DNA of 64,000 nucleotides from assembly GCA_951406725.2 (NCBI GenBank), contig OX597821.1, positions 38,812,001 to 38,876,000 on the forward strand. Reading direction: 5' to 3'. The translations under genes were made by a program, and so were the position numbers. Source of the stretch: Octopus vulgaris (taxonomy: Eukaryota). Of this stretch, positions 1 through 11,490 are shown piece by piece (the stretch's first letter is position 1; every line of letters starts with the position of its first letter). The notes beneath the pieces are model-generated. The model worked only from the letters and a program-made list of their open reading frames with translations, did not search any database and was not told where the DNA came from.

Positions 1-53
1 CCCCCTCCTCATTGTTGTCTTTGCTGCCATCACCATCACCTTCTTACTTCATT

Positions 54-90
<37 letters not shown>

Positions 91-322
91 ATGTTTCTTA
101 TCATTGTAATTATTGTCTTACAACTTTTTTTACTCAACTGGCACGCATCAAGGTTCCATACTAAATAATTGTAAATTTACATAATTTTTTACCCTCAAAT
201 GGTCAAGAGTAGGGGTATGGATTTAATGGGGTGAGTGTAGCCGTGTAAATTAACTTGACTATAAAGTCATTGTAGGCCATTATACATATGTGTGTGTGTA
301 TTTGTAATCCATATTTATGTGT

Positions 323-358
<36 letters not shown>

Positions 359-828
359 ATGTGTATGTGCATATCTATGTGTATATATATGCACAAAGTC
401 CAAGTGATTATCACATTCTCTGTAAATTGTCAAGACGCTCTATTTTATATCCATAACTTTAATTATCCTAATTAAAATTTCTATCCAATTATTTATTTAT
501 TCACTTCATTTCCTGCATGCAGCTCACTTTTAATATATCTCTGTTACTTTTCTTGGTCTACAACTTACTATCTACTCATTGATGAAAATTGCCCTGGACC
601 TAACTGATTCTCCAGATCTGAATGGTCAAATCTGGAATGCGTTTGATCATGGGTCAACTCAGTCAGGGTTTACTTAAGACCAAACAACACCAAAAACAAT
701 GCCAGGAGGTGTTGTGAGATGAGTGACCACATGTAAAATGTGATATTGGTGAACTGATACATACCCATGTTCCCTCAACTGGTTGTTTAGTTTGGTGCTA
801 ACCGACTCGGCTATGGCTATTTGCATTG

Positions 829-939
829 TCATATTATGTCATATACCAAATAAATGTCAAATCTACAGATATGGTTAAAGTTAGATGTGATATATCTATG
901 AATCTCATTGGTCTGGTATGAGAAACTGTCAGTAATAGT
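829..939 (-). CDS. Candidate exon (5th of putative minus-strand chain): TITDSFSYQTNEIHRYITSNFNHICRFDIYLVYDII*
   Basis: Strong acceptor ctttttccttgttttctttttcag at 940-941 (minus). Open for 36 codons in phase 0 to TGA at 829-831. Possible donor g|gtatgt at 764. No recognised homology. Confidence 0.3.
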   Translation of the reverse strand, partial: TITDSFSYQTNEIHRYITSNFNHICRFDIYLVYDII

Positions 940-1368
940 CTGAAAAAGAAAACAAGGAAAAAAGTTGAAGAGTAAAAACCTGGCAAGAGATGTGTCGTTT
1001 TGAATTTATGTTATTGTTAATGGTGAGACTTCATAAATATAAAACATGTTAAAGGTGGGGAATATGTGATGTATGGGATGCGAGAAGAAATATGTTCAGG
1101 AAAGAAACATATTTTTTTTTCCTCTCCTCATATATATTTAAATTTCCCTGAAGCTGTTTGCTGAATACTTTAGTCTGTCGCTTTCTATTTTGTTCAACTT
1201 TCAAACTCTTAATGTAATCATCTTTCTATATAACTTTATCTTTCCTGAACTCACTATCTAATATCCTATTTATCTACCCAACTTTATTTTCAGCAAATAT
1301 AAACCTTCAATAAATTGAAGAAATATTAATCCCATTAAGCATTCCATACCATAAATCATCCAGAGACT

Positions 1369-1494
<126 letters not shown>

Positions 1495-2641
1495 ATGCCA
1501 CAAACTCATTCCAAAGAGTAATAAAATAAGCAATAATTTGAATTTTTAATGTGGTTTGAACTGTTTTGATCTATGAGGCTACTAAGCATTAATGTTATAA
1601 TTCTGTTTGAAACAGGATATCAATTTCTCTGAAAATTTTGACCAGCATTCAAAAAGACATTCTGTTTGAAAACATTTAGAAATTGTATCTAATATTCAAT
1701 GTAAATTACACCTAAAATTTCTTTCAGAATGAAAATTTCTCCCTCTTGAAAGAATGCCATCAGAATTGATGTACATACATTCAACAATAAACATGCTTAA
1801 TCCAAGAACATAATTATTTATTTTTAAGATTAACAACCACTTTGTATTCAGTTATGAGTTGGATGATCCTTTAAAATCATAATTTCTTTCGTTAGCAGGA
1901 CATTGAAAATAATAGATCCAAATAGACTTTCTAAAAACCATTTAATTCTTCATTTTGGCAAATAAAACAATGATAATTATGTTTAATATACTATCAAAGT
2001 TTGCCACCAATACCATTATGCTCATCATCATTATTATTGTCATAATCAAAATCACTTTACCATTATCATATTCTTCGTCATTATCTACATCATGACTGTG
2101 TATATTTTATCGTGCCCGTCTGACTTCAGTGGTTTTTGAATGCCTTCATTCCATGCGTCTTGATTCTATTGTTTGTGAGATCCAATGTTCTCTTGTCTGG
2201 TTTCGCAGCTTTGTTACCATATTTTTATTGGAATAATTTGCCTTTATTTTAACTGATTTTAAAAATAATGAATAATTTATGAAAACAGCTTTGATGTATG
2301 TAGTTGAAGTAGCATTAAACAAAAATAGCTATCTGTGTACCACACCCAATGTATATACACCATTGAAATACCTTTCAAATGCATCCACTAAGTTTTGTTC
2401 AGACTGGTTGGCTTCCAGCAAAAATGTATTCTCTCTTTATTGGAGGGGGAAAATTTTGTCTAGGCAAGTGTACATCAGTTACAAGGCCCAGGAAGGATGA
2501 AAGGTGACTCAAAAGGATACTCTTCTAAGTCACTTGAACATCAGAAAATGAAAGGAAAAGTTGGCCATTCCGAGATTTGAACTTAGAAAGAAAACAACTG
2601 GAAAAGTGATTTTGTCTGATGCACTAACAAGTTTGGTATGA

Positions 2642-2642
<1 letters not shown>

Positions 2643-2699
<57 letters not shown>

Positions 2700-2722
2700 G
2701 ATAATAATAATAATAATAATAA
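2643..2722. repeat. Compound (TAC)n-(AAT)n microsatellite
   Basis: Direct reading. Confidence 0.95.
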
Positions 2723-3271
2723 CCAATGCCATGATGCAGTACCAGGCAGTGGTTCTAATGGCTTCTGATCTTAATTAATTGGAAGTGTTACCATGTACAT
2801 GTTTTATCTTGGTATAAAAGAAGGGCTACAGCAATTATTCTGCTCAATGCCACAGATTTGCTTGTCAGTTGTTTGACCTTAACCAGATGAGCATGTCCCT
2901 TAGTGGCTGACGATATGTGCATCTCTGATCATGAGCAGAAGTAGTGGGGGAGCATCATAGCCATGTGTTGAAAGGAATTCTTTGGGGTTGGAATAATTCA
3001 CCTCTGGAATCATGAGTGTTTTGTTCAACATCCTTAAACAACCCTTATTCAGGGGTCTTTTGAGTGGTATGAGATACTCAACATGAAGAAAATTCTAACT
3101 GGGCCCCACCTGCAATGTCATGCACATATGGTTGATGCATGTGCCTGGTATACCCTAATCAGAAGGGTAGTCATGATGAGTATATCAGGTTCTGTATATT
3201 TTACCCCAGTGTGATTTTGATGGCATCAAAATCACACTGGGGTAAAATATACAAAACCTGATATACCCATC
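2723..3271 (-). repeat. Unclassified interspersed repeat with (TTA)n tail and fold-back 5' end
   Basis: GC-richer block abutting (AAT)n and ending in a 48-bp-arm palindrome at 3175-3271. Confidence 0.4.
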
Positions 3272-4764
3272 CCAAATTAACTCAGGGAATTACTTTTCTC
3301 ACCATTTTCATGGAGAAGTTGCTAAGGATTTAACTTAAAGTCATTTCAATCTTGACCATGGAATATGATGTCAGCCTCAACATCAGACCAGTGAAAAGAA
3401 CAAGACAACAGCACAATCAGCAGGATGGTTAAATCTCTTCTACTCACAACAGCAGATATCTGAAACAACTCCACAAGTCAGCATTACTGGAGACCATGCG
3501 AAATGGCTTTGTCACGCAGTGTACTTCCCAGGTAGGCCCAGTTGATGGTACTTCAAACTGGCAGTATCCCCTGGTAACATTTCTACAGCCATAGATTTCT
3601 GATAGTTGTCCATAGACTCCATGATAAAATTCCTTCAGAATAAACTGTTCAGTTGACTTTCACTGAGGCTTAGTTCCCCTGTGAATATTGTAACTCAGCT
3701 GCTTCAGTAATTCTGCACTGATCGTAAGAGCTGATATCACCATCTGTATTGTGAAACTGGTAGAGAACTGTGAGCACCTGGCAACGTTGCAGATTTATAA
3801 ACTGATAACATTCCATACATATGTATCTGAGAGAAATGAAATTCTGCTAGAGTGTGCAGTGAAAGCACATTACCAATAATAAAACTGGGAAATAATAATA
3901 ACAATAGTACACTACAAGAAAGGTGGAATTTCACTCTATGTCGGTCATTCTTATCAACTGCACCAATTGTATTAATTTGCACCAATCCTTCTGATATGCC
4001 ACACTTCTCCCTCTCCCCGTCTCTCTCTCTCTGTTTGCTCCCCCCCTCTCTCTCTGTCAGTAAGAAAATATAACTTCAACACACTTCGAACACAACAGGA
4101 ATGCAAACAAACTTCTACTCAATTGTGAATTCATGTGACTGCTGTAGAATAGGCATTGATATAATACACATTAACACAGCCTGTTCTATAATGCATCAGT
4201 AAGAAGTTTGAATACCAAGGCAATGAATTGGTTTTGTTATATACTCAGAACCACTTCACACTTATTGTAAGGCTGAAATCTCTAAATTTCCATTTCCTTT
4301 TCTCTCTAAATGTGAGGTACACATCCACAAAGGAAATCATTAATACAAACGAATGGAACACAGTATTCGAAATGCTTACTTATTAATTCGAACTTCGTGG
4401 ATTAAAAGTATGCTAATAGCAGGATTGCAATCATTAATGCTAAGGTGAGTGTTAACATACTTATACAATAAGTATCAGAAATTAATTAGCAATAATTATG
4501 TAACAAGAAAAGACAACATTAAGCTCAGTGAATAATTTTATTTTAATCATATCAGCATTTATAGAATATAACTAAAGATATGTTTCAGTATTTTTTTGCT
4601 AACTCAACCCAACTAAGCATGTTATTTTACTGACATAATCAGGTAAAACTGTTAATCTTCTTTCTCTAATTAGTTGAGAAACAGTTATTCTACTAGGAAA
4701 CAAAACCAAAACATAGCACCAACAATACACTGCAATGATTGCATAGAATGTCAGATGTAAAATG

Positions 4765-4818
<54 letters not shown>

Positions 4819-4945
4819 GTATTTAATAGATATAACAGGTTAGTTTGGGAGGTTAAGCAGTTGTGGTCGCTGAAAAAGGTGGTAGTAGTACCAATAATTG
4901 TTAGAGCCCTGAGAACAGTGAGTAAATATCATGAGAAGTATATTA
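4765..4945 (+). mobile_element. R4/Dong-type non-LTR retrotransposon fragment (restriction-like endonuclease C-terminus) next to (TAA)n
   Basis: Translates RYNRLVWEVKQLWSLKKVVVVPIIVRALRTVSK, matching the KY..L..E...LW...V.VVPIIVGALG motif. Directly follows an (AAT)n tract. Confidence 0.7.
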
Positions 4946-5131
4946 AAGACTTTCTCACTGTTGACCCCCGGTGCATATTCTATGTCCTGTTCATGCAGTT
5001 TTGGTTACTTTTGCTGATGAGTTGTAATGCACTTGAGAACTGCACACAATAAGTTCATTATTGAATAAAGTTCACTCCACAGGAATTTGAAATCTAAATG
5101 TAATCAAATGCCACATGACATTTGTTCCATG

Positions 5132-5227
5132 TACATTATTTACATTATTTGCCCGCGAGCATATGGTGTAGTGGTTAAGAGCACGGGCTACTAACCTCAA
5201 GATTCCGAGTTTGATTCCAAGCAGTGA

Positions 5228-5311
<84 letters not shown>

Positions 5312-5385
5312 TAATAATAATAATAGTAATAGTAATAATAATAATAAAAATAATAATAATAATAAAAATAATAATAATAATAGTA

Positions 5386-5463
<78 letters not shown>

Positions 5464-5654
5464 GCAACATCATCAAAAAATATCTTAGATATGAGAACCC
5501 AAGTTCGAAATTTCCCCAAGACACTTGATGAAGGCTGGAGGGTATATCAGCCGAAATGCTGTGTTAACAACAAACAAGATGAGGACAAATATCAGTCAAA
5601 TGTAAATAATGTAAATAATGTACATAATTCCTCATCTCTTAAATACAGAACTAT
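5132..5654 (+). mobile_element. tRNA-headed SINE-like element with internal (AAT)n and PLE-type hammerhead tail
   Basis: A box tggtgtagtgg and B box gtttgattcc (~5158-5230), (AAT)n 5232-5460, HHR fold 5521-5564. 12-bp TSD atttgttccatg (5120-5131/5655-5666). The 5' 22 bp are an inverted copy of 5604-5625. Confidence 0.75.
5521..5564 (+). ncRNA. Degenerate minimal type I hammerhead ribozyme
   Basis: acac-UUGAUGA-a-ggctg/cagcc-GAAA-tgct-gtgt. Stems I and II pair; the core has U3 and lacks U16.1. Confidence 0.6.
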
Positions 5655-5694
5655 ATTTGTTCCATGGTTCTGCTGTTTCTTTCGTACTTGATTT

Positions 5695-5803
5695 TATTTA
5701 TGTTAACCCCAAGTCTGCTATAGCTCCAGTCGGACCAAAACCTTATGAGTGAATTTGGTAGATGGAAATTGAAAGTATCTTGTTCTATGTATATGTGTAT
5801 GTT

Positions 5804-5838
<35 letters not shown>

Positions 5839-6150
5839 TTGTATTTCCCTTGTCTTCACATGTTCTCTTGTTGGCTGTAGACAGTGGCTTCCTGATGGTG
5901 CATCATTTACCTGCCGTCTGCAGCAACTGGATATCTGGGTATCTTGTAAATAAATAGTTCATTCATTCATTGCCATTTGTTTCTGGTTCTCCGTGGAAAC
6001 ATATCCAAGCTTGATAGACTTGCAGATCATTACCTTACTTGGAAACAAGTGGGAGTTTGGTTGGCATCAGGATGGACTTCCAGTCATAGAAAACTCTGCC
6101 CTCAGCATACTCGTATTTGACTATTGTCAGGAAAGGTAGATGTTAAAACA
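5695..6150 (+). mobile_element. Degenerate SINE body (CORE-type 3' part plus RTE-like tail)
   Basis: gaatttggtagatggaaattgaaag followed by (TG)n, the same motif as CORE-SINE copies at 34040-34200 and 48390-48555. Confidence 0.5.
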
Positions 6151-6169
6151 AGGATAAGGATTATTATTG

Positions 6170-6504
6170 CAGCGTGGAAGGTGTTTATAAGCCATTTAAG
6201 AAACACACAAAAGACGTTAGATTCACTTCAACATTTAAATTTAATTTGTCAAAATATTTTCGTCGCTTTGAGACCGCGACCTGTTCACAGAGAAAACTTC
6301 GTGCAGCATTAATTTTGTCAGTGATCAGGTTGCAGTCTCAAAGCGACGAAAATATTTTGGTAAATTCAATTTAAATGTTGAAGTAAATCTAACGGTTTTT
6401 GTGTGTTTCTTAAATGGCTTATAAATACCTTTCATGCTGCAATTGTTTTCGTTCCAGCACACGATCTCAGATCAAATCACTTGCTATGCAAGTACATCTC
6501 CGTA
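6170..6504 (+). mobile_element. Asymmetric palindromic mini-element (PLE inverted pseudo-LTR type) with G3:C8 hammerhead
   Basis: Inverted arms ~6167-6298/6313-6443, unpaired tail to 6504, 14-bp TSD aaggattattattg (6156-6169/6505-6518). Confidence 0.8.
6314..6364 (+). ncRNA. Minimal type I hammerhead variant (GUGAUCA core)
   Basis: tttgtca-GUGAUCA-g-gttgc/gcgac-GAAA-atattt-tggtaaa. The opposite arm supplies tgacaaa and gtcgc, giving perfect stems I and II. Confidence 0.65.
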
Positions 6505-7162
6505 AAGGATTATTATTGTTAGCTGGAAAATGAATAGCAAAGTTAATTTGAAGCAGAAATTGAACTCATAATATAAAGAGATGTAACTAAAGCACTGTAA
6601 GGCAATTTAGTTGTCACTCTACTATGTCTGCCACTCCACCAGCCTATCACTTCAAGAATAATAAGCATAAGAATAATGGTAAGATAGTTGGCATATGAAA
6701 TATAGATTTAAAATCTACCGTAAAATTCACAGTTCATAATATGAAAGAAATCCAAAGTCTACAGATATAAAAAAAAAAAGTTTATATAATGAATATCCTG
6801 TTCTTAAACTGAGTAGAGGGGAAATGGAAGAAAATTCTGTGAAAGTTTTCTGTCTATTGAAATGGTTCATCCCATTGTGAGAAACATCTCTTGTTAAACA
6901 TAATGAGGTCATAAAAAATGTATTAAACTCAAGCAAGTTCAAGCAATATTTCTATAATTAATGGTTTGGGAAAATTCCAAGAACATTCAATTTACCTCAA
7001 ATACCTCTTGAAATTTTTCTTTCAATCTATTTCTTCATTTTTTTTTTTCACCCCCATAAAAAAATAACTATATACGCATAAGCATATATGAACACACATG
7101 TATAGGGAGGGTTTTTGTACGTATATACATGTATTTGTGTATGTAGATGAGTATGTGATGTG

Positions 7163-7164
<2 letters not shown>

Positions 7165-7230
<66 letters not shown>
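7165..7230. repeat. (TG)n microsatellite
   Basis: Direct reading. Confidence 0.97.
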
Positions 7231-7235
<5 letters not shown>

Positions 7236-7666
7236 AATAAATAAAAGACAATAAAATGGGAGAATAATATAAAGATGAATTCTGTAAATATTAGGGAGTA
7301 ATAAAAGCAGTCTATATAGATCATTAATTTTCAGTGAAACAATCATGATTTTGTTGCATAAGGACATTGTTAGAAACAATAAAAATACAAAAAAAAATAT
7401 AATGAATAAACCTTCCAGAACCATTAAGCTATTAATCTAAGCATATCTTTATTCTATTTTTATGGGACCTTAGGGGAAATTATTGTTTAAAGTAGGTTGA
7501 GACCCATCAGGACAAAGAACCAGACAGATAGGCAGCCTGGGAGACTCAGACACACAGACAGACAGACAGACAGATTGATAGACATATTGATAGACAGGCA
7601 CGTGTACACACACACATGTAGACAGAAACGAATAGGTAGCCCAATAGAAAGGGTGAGAAGCAGACA

Positions 7667-7697
<31 letters not shown>

Positions 7698-8038
7698 AAA
7701 AGAAAGAGAGAGAGAGAGAGAAAGAGAAAGAGACCCTCTGAAATAAGATATGATCACAAGGTTTATCAATTGAACTCTCGTTGTGGATATAGAATTGCAG
7801 CCCTTAACTCTTGTTTGTCAGTGGGAAGCCTTATTATTATGATGTTTTTGGTAACAAAACCAGTCCCTCAGAGAATCTGATGAAATATTAATTTCATGGA
7901 CATTATTTCTTTTGAACACCCCCCCCCCCAACCCCACCCCAAACCCTGTATTTATAAGAATGGAGGAAATGGATATTATGGTCTTTTTATGCCTTTTTAT
8001 AAGAAATTTTCATCTTCAAGGAAGCAAATATTTCAGAC

Positions 8039-8072
<34 letters not shown>

Positions 8073-8514
8073 ATGCGTGTGTGAGTGTGAGTGCGTGTAC
8101 TTACCACAGAAATTATGCAAACGTCTCTTAAGCCCAGTGCTTATGACTTACAGGAAATGAGTGATAAGCTTCCTCTCGAATATGATACATGTCTAGCCCC
8201 AATAAGATTTTGATTGTGACAGCTAGGAAAACTAATGTACGAAATATTAAGTATACTGTCCAAATACACTATCAAGTGAAATGCAATGGATTTGAATTGA
8301 AGACACATGATCCATTAGGCCAGTATCATATTCCTTTAGCCATTCTACTTCTAATATAAGCCACATTGCAGCTGAAGACACTGAGCAAGAAGATATCACA
8401 ATATCAGAACTTGTATTACCTGGAAATTATAATGCATCATTTCATGCACAAATACTAACATGGCAATAATGTGTGGCTAACCCATTAAATAAATTCTGAA
8501 AGGACTTTGTATAA

Positions 8515-8650
8515 GAGAAGGGAAATTCATATTCCTGCAGAAGACACTTGTTGGTGATCTGGAATGTCGGTTCAAATTATGGCATCAATTTTATTACAGG
8601 ACTGAAGACAATTCCACAGCTCTTCAACTAAGGGATTGCTTCTCTATGAA
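8515..8650 (+). pseudogene. Possible highly decayed P-element/THAP9-like transposase fragment
   Basis: SYSCRRHL/GDLECRFKLWHQ...EDNSTALQLR resembles YLLTRRLNQDPLENFF..IRQ...NDNPTALQF. Frameshifted and weak. Confidence 0.3.
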
Positions 8651-9477
8651 GCTAAACTATTCTATGAGGTTCAAAGCTTTACGATTCTGCTTCCTGAAAT
8701 GAAGAATGGTGAGATATGAAAAAATGGATACCCAGAATAGTTGGTTCAAACATTTGACATTGAAAACTATGCAAATCTACAAAGTGTCCTCACTCTATAT
8801 ATTGTCAAAATTTCTGCTCTTTCTGTACTGATTTAGGACTAGATGTTGAAACAGCTTCAGGTTTAAAGGACTGAAGCTATGTCAAAGACATTCATAACAA
8901 TACTCTGCAAGATTCCAGTTAAAATTACATTGAAGGAAGAGGTATATGAAGCAATAGTTTAACACTTTCCCATTGTTCTCTGACACAGATGGAAGGATGT
9001 TGCAGCACTGAAAGTAAGCAATTCTCATCTCACAGCAGTAAAAATGGGTGTAAATAGAACATTTGGGAATTAGCAGTTTCTGATATTCCTAAAGAAAATT
9101 TGGTTTCTGTTTTGGAAAATAATGTAAACTTTTCTTCAGAACTGTGTAGTTTCCTGTTTGATGCCACTATCTGACATCTTAGCCATAGTTTGACAAATAA
9201 CATTGGAATAACATTTGGCTGTTGGAAACTATGTGGAAGACCAATCTTGGATCATAGATGCAATCCAGTGTTTGACTTAACATCATTACCTACCTTTTGG
9301 GTATCTTTAGCAGAGATTACTCTGTTGCAAGTATTCAGGTTAGATCAGCTGCCTGAGAATAACATCCATTCTTTCTCCTGCTAGTCCCTGAGGCTCATGG
9401 ATCACTGTTCCAGGATTAAGTCAGAAACCAAACCAAAAATTGTTTCAAACAAAATCAACAACAACAGTAAAACTTAC

Positions 9478-9534
9478 TTTGTACTCTTCCATATCCACCC
9501 TGCTGCTCGCCCTTGGTATGTATTTCTCTTTGAT
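9478..9534 (-). CDS. Candidate 57-nt exon IKEKYIPRASSRVDMEEYK
   Basis: tacag| acceptor, |gtaagt donor, open in phase 0-0. Confidence 0.4.
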
Positions 9535-10086
9535 CTGTACCCATCAAAAATATATTATATTCTTTACAGATCCTAGGTTTCCCAGTTGTCTGTAACTTTT
9601 AATGAAAATACTAATGATAAAAGTGACTAGGCATTCAATTATCAGCCAAGAGGTTGAAACTTCCCATTCTACTCCTCATCATTGCAGTGTGTTCATGGGA
9701 CATGGCACACACAACCCTGATTAGTTCAGTTTGTTCACTCTCAATAGTTACTCATTTCTCTGAAAGGGAGCAGAGTATTTCTTGTGCTCAGGCCGAATCT
9801 ACGGGGCCATCTTCTCTTTACTGCATCCCACTACTCAGATACTGCTACCAAACACTTTGCTAAATAATTCTATTCCAAAACCTTTCAGATGCTCTCCACA
9901 CACATCATTTTGTTTTCCTACAGCTACTAACCTCCAGATAATCAAAATAAACTTCAATCTTATCAGCATTATCAGTCTAGAAGGTTATAATAAGGTCATA
10001 GGTATTAATCTATTCTCCTGTGAAAGACTGAAAAACTACAAATTTGACAGCACTTTGATGTTAGCTATTGTATCATTAATGCAAGA

Positions 10087-10299
10087 TGCTGAGCTAGCAG
10101 AACTGTTAGCAAGCTGAGCAAAATGTTTTGCAGCTTTTCATCCAGCTTTGCATTCTGAGTTCACATCCCGCTGAGGTCAAATTTGCTTTTCATCCTTTCG
10201 AGGTTGATATACTAAGTACCAGTTAATCACTGGGGCTGATGTAATTGACTTACCTCTCACCTGAAATAGTTGGTCTTCTGCCAAATTTTGAAGCCAATA
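10087..10299 (+). mobile_element. Older Meta-domain tRNA-SINE copy
   Basis: gcttttcatcctttcgaggttgat...aagtaccag central domain shared with 21027 and 61110 copies. Confidence 0.75.
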
Positions 10300-10699
10300 T
10301 TTCATTAACATGCATTGACATCTGAGAAAGGAATGAGAAATCACTGACCTCTTTTCTCTTGAATTATTCCATAAAGAATGATTCTTTAGTGGTGCTTCAG
10401 TGACCTAATAGGATTAATGGATTTATAAAATAAAATAAACTTTCATGATATCATAATCTCATTCTTTACATAGCCAAAACTGTTTATTCTTATCAGAGGT
10501 CTTTGTTGAGCATTTACAATTTGACAAAACTCAAGTATGATTGCTATAGGAGAAACTATTCATGGACGCAGGTTTTTTTACTGTATGGTGAAGCAGTAAA
10601 CTTTGGAAGCACATGATGATGAGTTCATTCCCACAGTGTGGATGGTATTGTCTGGTGTCCTCTACTTTTGCCACAAGTTCACTAATTCCTTGTCAGGAA

Positions 10700-10925
10700 A
10701 ATTTGGTAGATAGAAACTGGAAAAACACACATGGTATGCAAACAGCAAACAATGGTGAAGAACTCTGAAGGAAGGAATAACTGCCACATAGATGAAACAA
10801 GAAAAAAAATTGAACGGAAAAGCGAGAGTAAGATTCATTATAGTAAATCTACCAAAAACTTTCTCCCACATCTGTGGCCAGGGATGTGCCAGTACCTTTG
10901 GTCTACATTCACATGAAGCACTAAA
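10700..10925 (+). mobile_element. RTE/BovB-like LINE ORF 3' end relic
   Basis: LVDRNWK...ETRKKIERK... then HICGQGCASTFGLHSH (C-x2-C-x3-C-x-S-x2-GL-x-SH terminal zinc finger). Confidence 0.6.
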
Positions 10926-11314
10926 ACATCATTGATGAAGTTTCTTCGTTGTATTTGGCACTAAAAAATTATTTCCTGTTACCAAGCCATACACATTTAT
11001 GAATGACAGCCAAGAAGAAAAATATTTAAACATGTCACTAATAACTAATAAAGATCTATTGTATTCTCTTGGTTTCCGTTCTCTTCTGTTGATTTGTTTC
11101 TTTGTCTTCTTCTCTTTAAATGTTTTGTGGTTAATGATGGTTTTCCTTCTTTTCTTCCTGGAGAGCAATTCTCTTCACCAAGACAATTCTGGTTATTATC
11201 TCTTTGTGATATCTTTATGACATAACGATGACCTTAAACAACCCTTTAGTCACAAAAGTTGCAGCTTTGAAACAAACAAAGATCAAGCAGAATTTTAAAA
11301 TTCCTTTTCCTATC

Positions 11315-11490
11315 AGCATCGTTGTTGTCATCGTCATCATCATCATTATCATCATTATCATCATCATCATTATCATCATCATCAGCATCGTCGTCGTCAT
11401 CATCATCATCATCATCGTCATTGTTGTCGTTGTTGTTGTTGTCGTCGTCGTCGTCATCATCGTCATTGTCATCATCATCATCATCATCAC
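11315..11490. repeat. Compound (ATC)/(GTC)/(GTT) trinucleotide tract
   Basis: Direct reading; source of the poly-D/S/I/M ORFs. Confidence 0.95.

Noticed and set aside
3450-3890. Possible hAT relic on the minus strand (LHTL..., YRW*YQLLRSV)
   Set aside because: Motif similarity too weak to support without a search.
4990-5050. ctgatgag...gagaactgca as a type III hammerhead
   Set aside because: No intact GAAA and stem I does not pair.
5158-5230. tRNA gene (also 41081-41155)
   Set aside because: The acceptor stem does not form, and the sequence is embedded in a TSD-flanked element; these are SINE heads.
5072-5528. Poly-L/I/N ORFs, and similar poly-YI, HT, SL and D ORFs throughout
   Set aside because: Translations of microsatellites.
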